Sequence record: PV615260
DNA length: 48,622 bases
From: Shigella phage vB_Shig_1KOFFS
Strand: one strand, 5' to 3'
Numbering within the stretch: position 1 is the stretch's first letter; each line of letters starts with the position of its first letter. The notes under the pieces were generated by a model. The model worked only from the letters and a program-made list of their open reading frames with translations. It was not told the origin of the DNA and did not search any database. A program made the translations under genes and the position numbers. Shown here in pieces: positions 16,784 through 27,244 of the stretch.

Positions 16784-16978
16784 ATGATGCAGTACAAAAT
16801 CATACTCACGGCAAGAAAAATGGGCGGCTTTTGCAAGTCCTGCATTCAAGAGTTCAGCATGACGATTGAGGCGAACGACGCCGCCGACGCGGTAGAGAAA
16901 GCAAAAAAGCAATCCGGCGTTAATCTGGATACTCATAAAATCAACATCAACTACATAAGGGAAGTCAATCAATGTTAA
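16784..16978 (+). CDS. hypothetical protein (64 aa)
   Basis: ORF with RBS AAGGGG. Confidence 0.4.
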   Translation: MMQYKIILTARKMGGFCKSCIQEFSMTIEANDAADAVEKAKKQSGVNLDTHKININYIREVNQC

Positions 16979-17235
16979 CTCTGATTATTGCACTGTTAAT
17001 GCTGTTCATAGGCTATCATGTTGGCGCGGCTCATCTTGTCGAGCGCCTTTCAAAGCGGGTACATGAAGGCACCTTTGCTGCCATGTTCTACAATAAGAAA
17101 ACAGCACGTTGGGAAAAAATTGGCGATCCGGATGGTATCGCAAAACGAATTGCTTTTTCGCCGCTTCCGTATGTTGACTGCGAGCCATTTGTTAAACTCC
17201 AGAAGACGCTGAATCGGCGAAACAAACTGATATGA
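16972..17235 (+). CDS. hypothetical membrane protein (87 aa)
   Basis: N-terminal hydrophobic helix LTLIIALLMLFIGYHVGAA. Confidence 0.45.
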   Translation: MLTLIIALLMLFIGYHVGAAHLVERLSKRVHEGTFAAMFYNKKTARWEKIGDPDGIAKRIAFSPLPYVDCEPFVKLQKTLNRRNKLI

Positions 17236-17242
17236 CAAAAGA

Positions 17243-17267
17243 ACCCGCTTCGGCGGGTTTTTTTATG
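17243..17267 (+). terminator. Rho-independent terminator ending the early operon
   Basis: Stem AACCCGC / GCGGGTT with loop ttcg, followed by T7. Confidence 0.8.
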
Positions 17268-17314
17268 CCCGCGATCTGATATACTCGCAAATCAACATAG
17301 AAGGAGGGTACAAA

Positions 17315-17839
17315 ATGTCTGAAGAACGTAGAAAACGCGTAACGAAATCGCACTTTGCAGGCAACTTTAAAGCGCTATATGAAAAGGAGTTCGGCGTGGT
17401 ACTAGGGCGCACGGCAGAGATGACGCCGGAACAATTTTTTGATATCGCAAAGCGTTACTTCCAGTGGGCCGAAGATAACGCAATCAAGGCTGCGGAAACG
17501 GCAACGTTTCAGGGAGACGTTAACGAGTGGGGAGTGAACAAGCCGCGCATTTTTACTCTCACAGGGTTAAGCCTGTTTTGCGGCGTGAACCAGTCAACGC
17601 TTGGGCGCTACCGTCACGATCCCAACTATGCTCCCGTCATGGAGTTCATCGACTCCGTAATTTATGAGCAGAAATTTCAGCTTGCTGCCGTCGGCATGAT
17701 TAACGCTTCTTTCGTCGGAAAAGAGATGGGGATCGATAAGCCGCCAGTGCTTAACATCGACGCTATCGCCGGGGATAAGAACGAGATCACCGAGGAGAAG
17801 TTAGAGAAGGCAGTGACCAATATTCTTGATAAGCTGTAA
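17315..17839 (+). CDS. Terminase small subunit
   Basis: 174-aa ORF immediately upstream of the large terminase, first gene after the early terminator; RBS AAGGAGGG. Confidence 0.6.
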   Translation: MSEERRKRVTKSHFAGNFKALYEKEFGVVLGRTAEMTPEQFFDIAKRYFQWAEDNAIKAAETATFQGDVNEWGVNKPRIFTLTGLSLFCGVNQSTLGRYRHDPNYAPVMEFIDSVIYEQKFQLAAVGMINASFVGKEMGIDKPPVLNIDAIAGDKNEITEEKLEKAVTNILDKL

Positions 17840-17848
17840 GGGTCAACT

Positions 17849-19450
17849 ATGAACGAAATGATCATTTGGGAAGACTTATCGCCAGCCGATAAGCTGGCAA
17901 TTAAGGCGCTGAGTACGCGCAACTTTTCGCTGTTCCTGAAGATCTGGTTCCAGATTATCCAGGGCGAAAAGCTGATGTGGAACTGGCATCACTCTTACTT
18001 TTGCCACACGGTTGATGAAATTATCGCCGGGAAGCGCAAAAGCACGATCGTTAACGTTGCGCCAGGCTCAACAAAGACGGAGGCGTTTTCAATCCACCTC
18101 GCGCCGTATGCGTATCTGAAATGCCGGAAGGTTCGAAACCTTCAGATCTCGCAGGGTGACGCCCTGTCAAAAGGCAACTCGGATCGCGTGATTAAGATCT
18201 TCTCATCGAGCGAGTGGCAGGAGCTATGGCCATCAAGGTTCGGGCGCAAGCAGATCGATGAATTTCAGGTGATGGATGATAACGACCGCGTAAGGCTGGA
18301 AATGGTTTCCCGTTCGTCTGGCGGTCAGATTGTCGGTAAGCGTGGCGGGTACATGACGCCAGGGTTTAGCGGCCTTATCGCGCTGGATGATATCGACAAG
18401 CCGGATGATATGTTCTCGAAGGTGAAGCGTGAGAAAAACCACGTTCTGCTGAAGAACACCATTCGATCCCGTCGAGCGAAGAAGAAGAAGGGCGACGAAA
18501 CGCCAATCCTTTCCGTGCAGCAGAGATTGCACGCACAGGATTCGACCTGGTTCATGATGAGCGGAGGCATGGCGATTGACTTCAATCGAATTGTTATCCC
18601 GGCGATGGTAACGCGAGAATATGGCGAATCGCTTCCTGACTGGTTGCGACCTGAGTTCGAACGCGACGTGCTTTCCGGCCCGTCGGTGGTCATTGACGGC
18701 GTAGAATACTGGTCATTTTGGGAGGACAACGAATCGATCGAGAACCTGGTTGCCTTGCGCGAGGCCGATCTTTATACGTTCCTTTCGCAGTATCAGCAGG
18801 AGCCAATCGCCCTGGGTGGAAACGTGTTCAAGTCGGAGTGGTGGCGCTATTACGGCGATTCCGACAAGGCGCACGAGCCGCGCCCGGACAAGTTCGAATA
18901 TACGTTCATCACGGCGGACACCGCGCAGAAGGTCAAGGAGCTAAACGACTACTCTGTAATGTGCTATTGGGGCAAGTATCGGGATCGCGTCTACTTCATT
19001 GACGGAATTCGCGGAAAATGGGAAGCGCCAGATCTCCGCGTTCAGGCCGAAGCATTCATCAAGCAGTGCTGGCGTCGGAACAAGGAGTGCGGAAACCTTC
19101 GCCGGATCTACATCGAAGACAAGGCGAGCGGTACAGGTCTAATCCAGGATTTAACGAAGGCTGTAAACGGCATGGGCGAGATCGTCCCGGTGCAGCGCGA
19201 TAAAGATAAGGTCACTCGCGCTATGGATGCACAACCAATCATCAAGGGTGGGCGTGTCGTGCTGCCTGACAATCACCCATTCGTTGCAGAGCTTGAGGCG
19301 GAGATGAGCGCGTTTACATATGACGATTCTCATCCACACGATGATATTTGCGACAACGTGTTTGACGCCGCAAACCTGGAAATGAACCTGAGCGACGATC
19401 CGGTTGAGCGAATGAAACGCCTTGCGGGATTGAAAAAGCTGGGTCGCTAA
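17849..19450 (+). CDS. Terminase large subunit
   Basis: 533-aa ORF between small terminase and portal; acidic nuclease-like C-terminal half. Confidence 0.8.
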   Translation: MNEMIIWEDLSPADKLAIKALSTRNFSLFLKIWFQIIQGEKLMWNWHHSYFCHTVDEIIAGKRKSTIVNVAPGSTKTEAFSIHLAPYAYLKCRKVRNLQISQGDALSKGNSDRVIKIFSSSEWQELWPSRFGRKQIDEFQVMDDNDRVRLEMVSRSSGGQIVGKRGGYMTPGFSGLIALDDIDKPDDMFSKVKREKNHVLLKNTIRSRRAKKKKGDETPILSVQQRLHAQDSTWFMMSGGMAIDFNRIVIPAMVTREYGESLPDWLRPEFERDVLSGPSVVIDGVEYWSFWEDNESIENLVALREADLYTFLSQYQQEPIALGGNVFKSEWWRYYGDSDKAHEPRPDKFEYTFITADTAQKVKELNDYSVMCYWGKYRDRVYFIDGIRGKWEAPDLRVQAEAFIKQCWRRNKECGNLRRIYIEDKASGTGLIQDLTKAVNGMGEIVPVQRDKDKVTRAMDAQPIIKGGRVVLPDNHPFVAELEAEMSAFTYDDSHPHDDICDNVFDAANLEMNLSDDPVERMKRLAGLKKLGR

Positions 19451-19495
19451 TACATAATGTGGGCCTGACGGCCCACACTTAAACAAGGTTGAAAT

Positions 19496-20806
19496 ATGAA
19501 TAACATTAAGATGGACGACTATAATCAAATCTTTAATGGTGGCGCTGGTTATGCGTCAACCCTCGCGTCTATCGCGGCAAGATTTGGAACAATGTCGCAG
19601 GTTGAAGAGTTCTATCATGAAAACGGCATGGCGAAGAAAATCGTTGACGTGATCCCGGAAGAGATGGTCGCTCCCGGCTTCCAGCTAAACGGCATTTCAG
19701 ATAACACCAAGTTTCAATCGGAATGGGACGGGTTAAATCTGGAGCCGCAAATCACCGATGCTCTTTGCTGGGCGCGGCTGTATGGTGGCTCATACGTCCT
19801 GGCGATGGTTAACGATGGTCGCGCGTTGACTTCGGCAGCGAAGCGGGGTAAGCCGCTCGAATCGATCGTTGTTTACGACCATGATTCCGTTTCCGTCGCA
19901 GAGGAGGAAACCAGCCCACGAAGCCCACGATTCGGAAAGCCTAAAATGTACGAGGTGAAGCCGCTAAACGGTGGGCAACCGTTCAAGGTGCATTATACCC
20001 GGATGCACTACATCGACGGCGAGCGAGTAACAAACAAGGTGCGCCAGCTAAACAACGGCGCTGGTGGTTCGGTGCTGAACAAGTCGATCATTGAAGCGAT
20101 TCTTGACTACGACTATTCGGAATATCTGGCAACGCAGCTACTGAAGCGCAAGCAGCAGGGCGTTTGGAAGGCGAAAGGCCTGGCGCTAATCTGCGACGAC
20201 AAAGAAGGCGAGTACGCCGCCCGGTTGCGCATGGCGCAGGTTGATGCTAATTCCGGCGTCGGAAACACGATCGGCATTGATGCGGACGACGAAGAGTACA
20301 CCGTTATCAACTCCGATATTTCAGGCATCCCTGAGTTCCTTTCCGCCAAAATGGATCGGATTGTCGCCCTGTCAGGCATTCATGAGATCGTGCTAAAAAA
20401 CAAAAACACTGGTGGCGTAAGCGCAAGCCAGAACACGGCGCTACAGACGTTCTACAAACTGGTTGACCGCAAGCGCAATGACGATTACAAGCCGCTGTTA
20501 GAATTCCTGTTACAGTTCATCGTAACGGAGGAGGAATACAGCGTCGAGTTCGAACCGTTGTCGCTGCCTACCGATGCGGAGAAAGCGGATATCTTCCAGA
20601 AGAACGCCAACGCGGCTCGCGGCCTCGTTACCGACCAGGTTATCGACACCAACGAAGCGCGTGATACTCTGTCGGCGTTAATTCCAGAACTGAAGCTAAA
20701 AGGCAACGCTCCGAAACAGAAAAAACTTCCGGATCGCGCCGCTGGTTCAGGCAGTACGCAAAGCGCTGAGATCTTAAACAACACGGAGGCGGATGATGAA
20801 AGTTAA
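19496..20806 (+). CDS. Portal protein
   Basis: 436-aa ORF following terminase with acidic C-terminus, conserved gene order. Confidence 0.75.
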   Translation: MNNIKMDDYNQIFNGGAGYASTLASIAARFGTMSQVEEFYHENGMAKKIVDVIPEEMVAPGFQLNGISDNTKFQSEWDGLNLEPQITDALCWARLYGGSYVLAMVNDGRALTSAAKRGKPLESIVVYDHDSVSVAEEETSPRSPRFGKPKMYEVKPLNGGQPFKVHYTRMHYIDGERVTNKVRQLNNGAGGSVLNKSIIEAILDYDYSEYLATQLLKRKQQGVWKAKGLALICDDKEGEYAARLRMAQVDANSGVGNTIGIDADDEEYTVINSDISGIPEFLSAKMDRIVALSGIHEIVLKNKNTGGVSASQNTALQTFYKLVDRKRNDDYKPLLEFLLQFIVTEEEYSVEFEPLSLPTDAEKADIFQKNANAARGLVTDQVIDTNEARDTLSALIPELKLKGNAPKQKKLPDRAAGSGSTQSAEILNNTEADDES

Positions 20807-21563
20807 CGGCAGAATCCCAAACTGGCGTTATCCTGAAGCAAGCGAGCGGGATTTATCCCGCTCCATGCAGGACGCGGTGACAGAACTCGTGGTAGAAATG
20901 CGGGATCGCTTAGATCGCCTTAAATTTGACGCCACGGCGGAGGAAATCAGCCAGGCGGAAGACGATATCAGCGAATCGGCCATCGTGTTCTTTTCCGCCG
21001 TAATTGCGGCTCTTGCCTCCATTGGGTTGACCATCTATAGATTCAATTCTAAGCAGTGGCTTGCAATTGCGATCGCGGCTGGCGGGCGGAACAACGAATC
21101 AGTTATGCGCCTTAAAGAATTCGGCGCTGGTGGGTATGAAGACTGGTATCAGGAATCGCTGAGGAAGTGGGAAGATTCCGCCGAAGCGTCGATCAGGAAG
21201 TTAGCAAGCGATATCGTTGCTGACTGGACGACGAAAGTTAGAACCGCCAACAACATTGGCAAGTCTCGCCAGCAGATCGATGAAATCATCGAAGGGCGCT
21301 ACGCGATTTATGGTAGCTGGTCGCGCAACCGGGCAAGCGGAATCATCGGAACTTTTAACAGTATGTTGATGATGCAGCGCCTAAAAGATGCTAAAGTGTC
21401 GCATTACTTTTGGTTCGGTATGATGGACGACCGCGAGCGCGAAAGCCATATCAAGCTAGAAGGTAAGCGACGCCCTGTTAATGGTGATGGCATTTTCCCC
21501 GGCGAGGAGTACGGTTGCCGTTGCTGGGCGGTTCCAGATTTTAACAACGTAGAGGTATCATGA
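20793..21563 (+). CDS. Head morphogenesis / minor head protein
   Basis: 256-aa ORF directly after portal, overlapping its end. Confidence 0.5.
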   Translation: MMKVNGRIPNWRYPEASERDLSRSMQDAVTELVVEMRDRLDRLKFDATAEEISQAEDDISESAIVFFSAVIAALASIGLTIYRFNSKQWLAIAIAAGGRNNESVMRLKEFGAGGYEDWYQESLRKWEDSAEASIRKLASDIVADWTTKVRTANNIGKSRQQIDEIIEGRYAIYGSWSRNRASGIIGTFNSMLMMQRLKDAKVSHYFWFGMMDDRERESHIKLEGKRRPVNGDGIFPGEEYGCRCWAVPDFNNVEVS

Positions 21564-22693
21564 TGAAAAGAGTTCAAAGGTTCGACACTGTAAAGGTAAA
21601 GGCCCGATTTGATGAGAATGGCTTTCTGGTTGACACTCCGATCGTGGCGCGTATCGGTGCGCAGACGTACCAGACTCCAACCGGGCCGCGCGTCGAGTTC
21701 CGCCCGCGTTCTGAGGTGTTTGATGCTGAATCGCTGGTCTCATACCAGGGCAAGCCGATCACTTTAGGTCATAAGATGGTGAACGCACAGAACGCAAAAG
21801 GCCTGGTGGTAGGCTCTTGCTCCGGCCCTGGGAAAGAGGACGGGATCGGCGTTCTTGTTCCGGTGATGATTTACGATGGTGAGTCGATCGAGCAAGCCAA
21901 AAAGCGCGTAGCGGCTGAGTTATCCGTGGGCTACACTTCGGTCGATATCGATCGCAAAGGCTGGGGCAATAACGCAACTGGCGAATATTATTTCGACGAA
22001 GACCTACCGGAAAACTTCGAGGAGATGAAAAATGATTCCGTCTCTGATTGGGTTCGCTTTGATGCGGTGCAAACGAAGATTCGCGTGAATCACGTCGCGC
22101 TTGTTTTCCGTGGTCGTGCCGGGATTGCGAAATTAAATCTTGATAGCGAACAAGAATTCCCCTATGATGACGACTCAAACCACAAAGGAGCTAAAACAAT
22201 GATCATTAAAATTGACGGCGTAGATGTTGAAGTGGCCGATAACGTAGGCGCTTACATTGCAAAACTCGACGCACAAGTTGCATCGGCAACCAGTCAGGTA
22301 ACGAGCATCACCGCAGAGCGTGACGCGCTTCAGGCCAAAGTTGATGGCATTGAAGATGAAGTTGCCGCCCGCGTTGCTAAAATCAAAGCCGACGAAGACG
22401 CAAAACAGAAAGTTATCGCGGTGGTTTCTGCCGCTGGCGTCAAGTGCGACGGCCTGGATGTTAAGGCAATGAAAGTTGCTTACATCAAAGAGGTAGACGG
22501 TCGTGATCTGTCTGATAAAGAAGATTCGTACATCGACGCTTCTTTTGACTTTATCGCCAACTCTGATAAGATGGCTGGCAACCGCTCGAAAGTCTTTGGC
22601 AAGAAAGAAGACGGCGAGCAGAAAGATAAAGGCGGCTTACCGAAACTTGACGGAACCGAAATCATCGACCCGCAGGCAAAATTCCGCCGCTAA
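21560..22693 (+). CDS. Scaffolding / prohead core protein (possibly with protease)
   Basis: 377-aa ORF between head morphogenesis and capsid genes; C-terminal half Ala/Lys/Asp-rich and helical. Confidence 0.5.
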   Translation: MMKRVQRFDTVKVKARFDENGFLVDTPIVARIGAQTYQTPTGPRVEFRPRSEVFDAESLVSYQGKPITLGHKMVNAQNAKGLVVGSCSGPGKEDGIGVLVPVMIYDGESIEQAKKRVAAELSVGYTSVDIDRKGWGNNATGEYYFDEDLPENFEEMKNDSVSDWVRFDAVQTKIRVNHVALVFRGRAGIAKLNLDSEQEFPYDDDSNHKGAKTMIIKIDGVDVEVADNVGAYIAKLDAQVASATSQVTSITAERDALQAKVDGIEDEVAARVAKIKADEDAKQKVIAVVSAAGVKCDGLDVKAMKVAYIKEVDGRDLSDKEDSYIDASFDFIANSDKMAGNRSKVFGKKEDGEQKDKGGLPKLDGTEIIDPQAKFRR

Positions 22694-22744
22694 TAATTTG
22701 CGGCCTTCGGGCCGCTACCAGACCAAATAAACAGGAGATTCAAA

Positions 22745-23254
22745 ATGGCACAGATTCCAGCTTCTTATTCCCGCAAGCGTGATATTGCTGTAGCTGGGCA
22801 GATCGCTGATACGTCACTTTACAATATCGATGGCACTTGCGTTGCTGAAGGCGATATCCAAGCTGGCGTACTGGTGGCTTCCACTGGCGCGGTTTCCAAC
22901 GGCCACAAGGTCGTTAAGCCAGCGACAGCAGCGAGCGACGTTATTGTAGGTATCGCGCAGTTCTCGCAAGCCTACTCGCCTGAAGGCAAGTATGACGATG
23001 AGAGCGCGGTTAACGTTATGACTCATGGCCGCATTTGGGCGATCGCAGACGCCACTGTTACAGAAGCAGATTGCGCGTTCGGTTCTTTCGTTACCTTTAC
23101 CGCAACTGGCACCGTAGCGAAGGGTGATGCCGGGGTTATCAAAACTGGCTACAAACACACTGGCGAATACACAAAAAACGCAGATGGCACTGTTCTGGTG
23201 AAAGTGCAGGTGCTTCAGGGCGCAGTGGCCCCGGCGGCTGGCGCTGGTGTATAA
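22745..23254 (+). CDS. Putative head decoration / structural protein
   Basis: 169-aa Gly/Ala/Thr/Val-rich product just upstream of the major capsid gene. Confidence 0.4.
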   Translation: MAQIPASYSRKRDIAVAGQIADTSLYNIDGTCVAEGDIQAGVLVASTGAVSNGHKVVKPATAASDVIVGIAQFSQAYSPEGKYDDESAVNVMTHGRIWAIADATVTEADCAFGSFVTFTATGTVAKGDAGVIKTGYKHTGEYTKNADGTVLVKVQVLQGAVAPAAGAGV

Positions 23255-23261
23255 TAAGTAG

Positions 23262-23283
23262 TGGGGCTTCGGCCCCATTTTTG
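23262..23283 (+). terminator. Rho-independent terminator
   Basis: Stem GGGGC/GCCCC with loop ttcg, then T-run. Confidence 0.7.
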
Positions 23284-23366
23284 CACCAGAAAAAAACCTT
23301 TGACGGCTTAACGATTCGTGATATTCTTCATCTCGTTAAGCCAAATACACAAACAGGAGTTTTCAG

Positions 23367-24326
23367 ATGACTATGAAATTAGATGCATTCGAACAGAGTG
23401 CAATTAAGGTCGCAATGCAGGGCATGGGCGTCGATGCCGCAAAACTGGATGCTTACGGTATCTGGACTGTTAAGCAGATGACTCAATTACTGAATCGCCA
23501 GTATGAGCAGGCATACCCGCAGACCAGCGCACTTGAGCTTTTCCCGGTAACTACCGAGATCTCGCCGACCGCCCGCCGCTTTGAGTGGCTCGAATTCGAT
23601 GGCGTAACTTCTGCGAAAATTATCGCCGATTACACCGACGACCTGCCGACCGTTGAAGCGATGGCGAAAGAGAAGTCAGGTAAAGTTTTCCGCCTGGGTA
23701 ACGCGTGGTTTATTTCCATCGACGAAATTAAAACTGGCGCGGCGCTGGGTTCCAGCCTGAGCGATCGCAAAGCAACTCTGGCCCGCGAAGGTCATGAGAC
23801 GCTCGTAAACGATCTGGTGTTCAAGGGTTCCGCTCCTCACGGCATCGTGAGCGTTTTCGACCATCCGAACATTAACCGCATGACCGCCAGCGCGGCTTGG
23901 GGCGATGACGCAGCAGCGGCTGAAAAGGCATTCGAAGATCTGGAAGACCTGCTAAACATGATCGAAGAAACTACGCTGGGCCGCCATCACGCGACCAACA
24001 TCGTGATTCCTCCGTCTAAGCGTCGTCTTCTGACGAAAAAGATGCCGGACACTAGCGGCGACTCTTATCTGACCTGGTTCACCAAGAACCACCCGAACAT
24101 CACCATTACGGCGATGGCGGAGCTGGAAGATATTGACGGCGCAGGCACCAAAGGCGTGCTGGCATACGAAAAAGACCCAATGAACATGAGCATCGAGATC
24201 CCTGAGCGGTTCAACATGCTGCCGATGCAGCCGAAAGACCTGCATTTCAAAGTTCCGTGCACCTCCAAATGCACTGGTCTCATCGTTTACCGCCCGCTGA
24301 CTATTGCGATTCTCACCGGGATTTAA
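23367..24326 (+). CDS. Major capsid protein
   Basis: 319-aa ORF with strong RBS AGGAG, flanked by terminators. Confidence 0.75.
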   Translation: MTMKLDAFEQSAIKVAMQGMGVDAAKLDAYGIWTVKQMTQLLNRQYEQAYPQTSALELFPVTTEISPTARRFEWLEFDGVTSAKIIADYTDDLPTVEAMAKEKSGKVFRLGNAWFISIDEIKTGAALGSSLSDRKATLAREGHETLVNDLVFKGSAPHGIVSVFDHPNINRMTASAAWGDDAAAAEKAFEDLEDLLNMIEETTLGRHHATNIVIPPSKRRLLTKKMPDTSGDSYLTWFTKNHPNITITAMAELEDIDGAGTKGVLAYEKDPMNMSIEIPERFNMLPMQPKDLHFKVPCTSKCTGLIVYRPLTIAILTGI

Positions 24327-24330
24327 TCAA

Positions 24331-24354
24331 AAAGCGCCTTCGGGCGCTTTTTTA
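24331..24354 (+). terminator. Rho-independent terminator
   Basis: Stem AGCGCC/GGCGCT with loop ttcg, then T6. Confidence 0.8.
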
Positions 24355-24417
24355 TTGCATTGCATTCTACAATGTGCTTTAATTTGAAACCTAAAGTAAA
24401 CCAATGGAGCATTAACA

Positions 24418-24714
24418 ATGGCCAGTAAAAAAGAAACCGTAGAAACCGTCGGAACCGTAGAAACCACCAGTGCCGAACAGGCGTCGCAGGTTGTTCAACT
24501 ACAAAACGTTGGTGCATGTGCAATTCGCTATAAAGGCAAAAATTACGTCTATGAGCAGGTTTTTGAAGTGCCGGAAAACGAAATCGACCGCTTCCGCCAC
24601 GAAATCTTCAAAGGCCGGGTCGAATTCTACGACAACCCGAAACGCACGCGCGAATACATCGCAGCAGTGAAGGCGAAGGCGAAAGAGATCGTGCAGCCTA
24701 AAAGCGCGGAATAA
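24418..24714 (+). CDS. hypothetical structural-module protein (98 aa)
   Basis: ORF between two terminators after the capsid gene. Confidence 0.5.
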   Translation: MASKKETVETVGTVETTSAEQASQVVQLQNVGACAIRYKGKNYVYEQVFEVPENEIDRFRHEIFKGRVEFYDNPKRTREYIAAVKAKAKEIVQPKSAE

Positions 24715-24726
24715 CAAAAACCAACA

Positions 24727-24750
24727 AAGGGCGCTTCGGCGTCCTTTTTC
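24727..24750 (+). terminator. Rho-independent terminator
   Basis: GGGCGC ttcg GCGTCC stem followed by T5. Confidence 0.6.
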
Positions 24751-24767
24751 ATATCAGGAGATCGACC

Positions 24768-25184
24768 ATGAGTTACACAATTCAAGATGTGATCGATAAA
24801 ATGCGCAGCCTTGCACCTCCGCTTAAAGAAGTTCCAGATGAACTGCTGTCTGCATGGGTTGTGCTTGCTGAAGAGTTCGTTTGCAAATCCAGGTTCGGAG
24901 ATTCCATTGTTACGGCGATCGCATTGATGACCATGCACCTAATGTTTTTGGATGGCGCGATGAAGCAAGAGGGCGAAAGCCTGGAATCTTATTCGCAGCG
25001 CGTGGCATCGTTCACCCTGACCGGGGAGTTTTCCCAAACCTTCGATCGCGTGTCGGCATCAAGCGACAACGAAATGCTTTCTACGCCGTGGGGCAAAATG
25101 TACTGGCGTATGCTCAAAATGCGAGGCGGTGGCTTCGGCCTGCTTACCGCTGGCAACGTTCGGCGTTGCGGAGTTGGGAGGTAA
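24768..25184 (+). CDS. Head-tail connector / adaptor protein
   Basis: 138-aa ORF first after the capsid block; position-based call. Confidence 0.45.
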   Translation: MSYTIQDVIDKMRSLAPPLKEVPDELLSAWVVLAEEFVCKSRFGDSIVTAIALMTMHLMFLDGAMKQEGESLESYSQRVASFTLTGEFSQTFDRVSASSDNEMLSTPWGKMYWRMLKMRGGGFGLLTAGNVRRCGVGR

Positions 25185-25189
25185 TCGCA

Positions 25190-25567
25190 ATGAACTACAA
25201 AGCAATCCAGGCTCGCGCAAGCGCGGGCATTAAGTTCTTCAGCGACGCTGACGGCGTGTTCAACAAGTACACGAAAGGCGCTGGCGGTGGCATCGATCCG
25301 GAAACCGGGGCGGATATCATCCCCGGCGAGGTGGTGACGACAATCAAGGGCGCGATCAGGGATGTAAATGACCGTGACATTAACGGCGAAACCATCCTCG
25401 CTGGCGACAAGCGCGGGTTTTTCACTCATAATGTGCCAATCATGGAGGGTGACGAAATCGAAGTAGATGGCGAGCGCTACCGCGTGGTTAATGCCCGCCC
25501 GGTAAAACCAACCGGAACCGTTGTCGCCTACCGTCCAGTTTTACGCAGGGTGGCGACTTATGGCTAA
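25190..25567 (+). CDS. Head closure / head-tail joining protein
   Basis: ATG at 25190 with RBS GGAGG; position-based call. Confidence 0.45.
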   Translation: MNYKAIQARASAGIKFFSDADGVFNKYTKGAGGGIDPETGADIIPGEVVTTIKGAIRDVNDRDINGETILAGDKRGFFTHNVPIMEGDEIEVDGERYRVVNARPVKPTGTVVAYRPVLRRVATYG

Positions 25568-25997
25568 TTATACGATCCGGGAGTTCACAGGGGCTATTGA
25601 TGCATGGTGTAAGGCCGCTGGTGATGCGCTGGAGGACGTTGTAAGGTTTACGTGTGAAGATATTCACCGAGACCTTGTAATGCGTTCTCCGGTGGATACA
25701 GGGCGCTTCCGTGGTAACTGGCAAATCACCTTTAACCGCGCTCCGCTTTACGCGATTAACGCATATGACCAAACTGGCGAAAAGACGATCCAGAACGGCA
25801 AAGCCAACATTGCGCTATACGCAAAAGGGGCTGGGATCACTTCGATCTGGTTCAGTAACATGCTAATCTATGCGAACGCGCTGGAATACGGCCATTCAAA
25901 GCAGGCTCCCAATGGCGTTATGGGGGTTGTTGCGATCCGGTTGGGCGTTTATGTTACTGAGGCAATCAAGCGAGCGAGGGCTAAAAATGCATTATGA
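25560..25997 (+). CDS. Tail completion / neck protein
   Basis: ATG at 25560 overlapping upstream stop; position-based call. Confidence 0.4.
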   Translation: MANYTIREFTGAIDAWCKAAGDALEDVVRFTCEDIHRDLVMRSPVDTGRFRGNWQITFNRAPLYAINAYDQTGEKTIQNGKANIALYAKGAGITSIWFSNMLIYANALEYGHSKQAPNGVMGVVAIRLGVYVTEAIKRARAKNAL

Positions 25998-26418
25998 AAT
26001 GGCGTTAAAATGCAAGGCGGCAGCGGCTAAGTATGCCGCCGATATCGGACTACAGATCGCTGGTGATAACGTTGATTTTAAGCCACCAAAACACGGTGAA
26101 ACTTATCTCAAGTTCTCATACGTAGAGGCGGATTCCAGATCTGTCAGCCTTTCCAGAACTTGCCGCGTTTATCTGGCTATGGTGCAGATTGACGTTGTTT
26201 TCAAACCTGGGATCGGAACCGACGACGCGCGGCTAATCGCGCAAAACGTTGCAAAATCCTTCCCTGAAGGCAAGATTGTTGATCGTGACAGTAAGTTATA
26301 TGTGAGCGAGTGGGCGGAGGTACACGGCGTGCAGAAGCACGAAACGGGTTGGTTCTTTCCGGTTAGGTTCACAGTAAGATGCGAGAGCACGGAGGAGAGC
26401 GGCTATCCATCCAACTAG
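25987..26418 (+). CDS. Tail terminator-like protein
   Basis: ATG at 25987; last small ORF before the major tail protein. Confidence 0.4.
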   Translation: MHYEMALKCKAAAAKYAADIGLQIAGDNVDFKPPKHGETYLKFSYVEADSRSVSLSRTCRVYLAMVQIDVVFKPGIGTDDARLIAQNVAKSFPEGKIVDRDSKLYVSEWAEVHGVQKHETGWFFPVRFTVRCESTEESGYPSN

Positions 26419-26511
26419 CGGAACCTCACGTCGCTTATAATTTCTTGCCAGCCTGGAAATATGTAGGCATAATGGCGGTGTAAAACTTTCATTCAAACAG
26501 GAGTATTCAAC

Positions 26512-27168
26512 ATGCATTTACCAAACGGTGCTAAGGTCTTCTTTGAGAAGGCTCGCGGTGCGGCGATTCCGTTTACCGCAATGACCAATGACGCGAAAAA
26601 CCCAAAAATCACAGTAGCGGATGGCAAGCTGAAGGTGAAAGATATTGTGATCTTTACCGATTGCACCTGGGGCGACTTTGTTAACAAGGTGGCTCGCGTA
26701 AAAGCAGTGGCAGCAGGCGTGGCAACGCTGGAAGAGTTCGACACCTCCGACACGAACAAGTATCCCGGCGGCGCGGCCACTGGCAGCGTTACCGTGATCA
26801 CTGATTGGGTCGAATTGCCTTGCATTCAGGATTTAGGCAAAGACGGCAACGAACAGCAGTTCTATAACTATCAGTGCTTGGGCGATGAGCGCGAACAATC
26901 CGAACCTACTTACAAGTCGGCGGTGACGCTTAACTACACTTTTGCGCACGAGTACGATAACGCGATCTACCCTGTATTGCGTGCAGCCGACACCAGTAAG
27001 CAGGCGAAAGCGATGTACATGTATATCCCGCGAGCTTCCGAGGTTCGTTACTGGTCTGGAATTGCATCTTTCGATGACATTCCTTCCACGGCTGTTAACG
27101 AGATGGAAACGGTAACGCTTAACGTTGCGCTCAAAGGTTCTCACGTCTTCCTTCCGGTTGTCGCGTAA
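26512..27168 (+). CDS. Major tail protein
   Basis: 218-aa ORF with strong RBS AGGAG, followed by terminator and chaperone genes. Confidence 0.7.
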   Translation: MHLPNGAKVFFEKARGAAIPFTAMTNDAKNPKITVADGKLKVKDIVIFTDCTWGDFVNKVARVKAVAAGVATLEEFDTSDTNKYPGGAATGSVTVITDWVELPCIQDLGKDGNEQQFYNYQCLGDEREQSEPTYKSAVTLNYTFAHEYDNAIYPVLRAADTSKQAKAMYMYIPRASEVRYWSGIASFDDIPSTAVNEMETVTLNVALKGSHVFLPVVA

Positions 27169-27173
27169 TTAAA

Positions 27174-27207
27174 TGGCGGGGCTTGTGCCTCGCCTTTTTT
27201 TGTGCAT
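27174..27207 (+). terminator. Rho-independent terminator
   Basis: GGCGGGGC ttgt GCCTCGCC stem followed by T7. Confidence 0.7.
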
Positions 27208-27244
27208 AATAGCGAATAACACAAACCAATCAGGAGTTAACAAA

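Noticed and set aside
16660-16790. Possible tRNA or small RNA in the 130-bp gap before 16784
   Set aside because: No cloverleaf-compatible arms or T-loop consensus seen by eye; only one weak hairpin.
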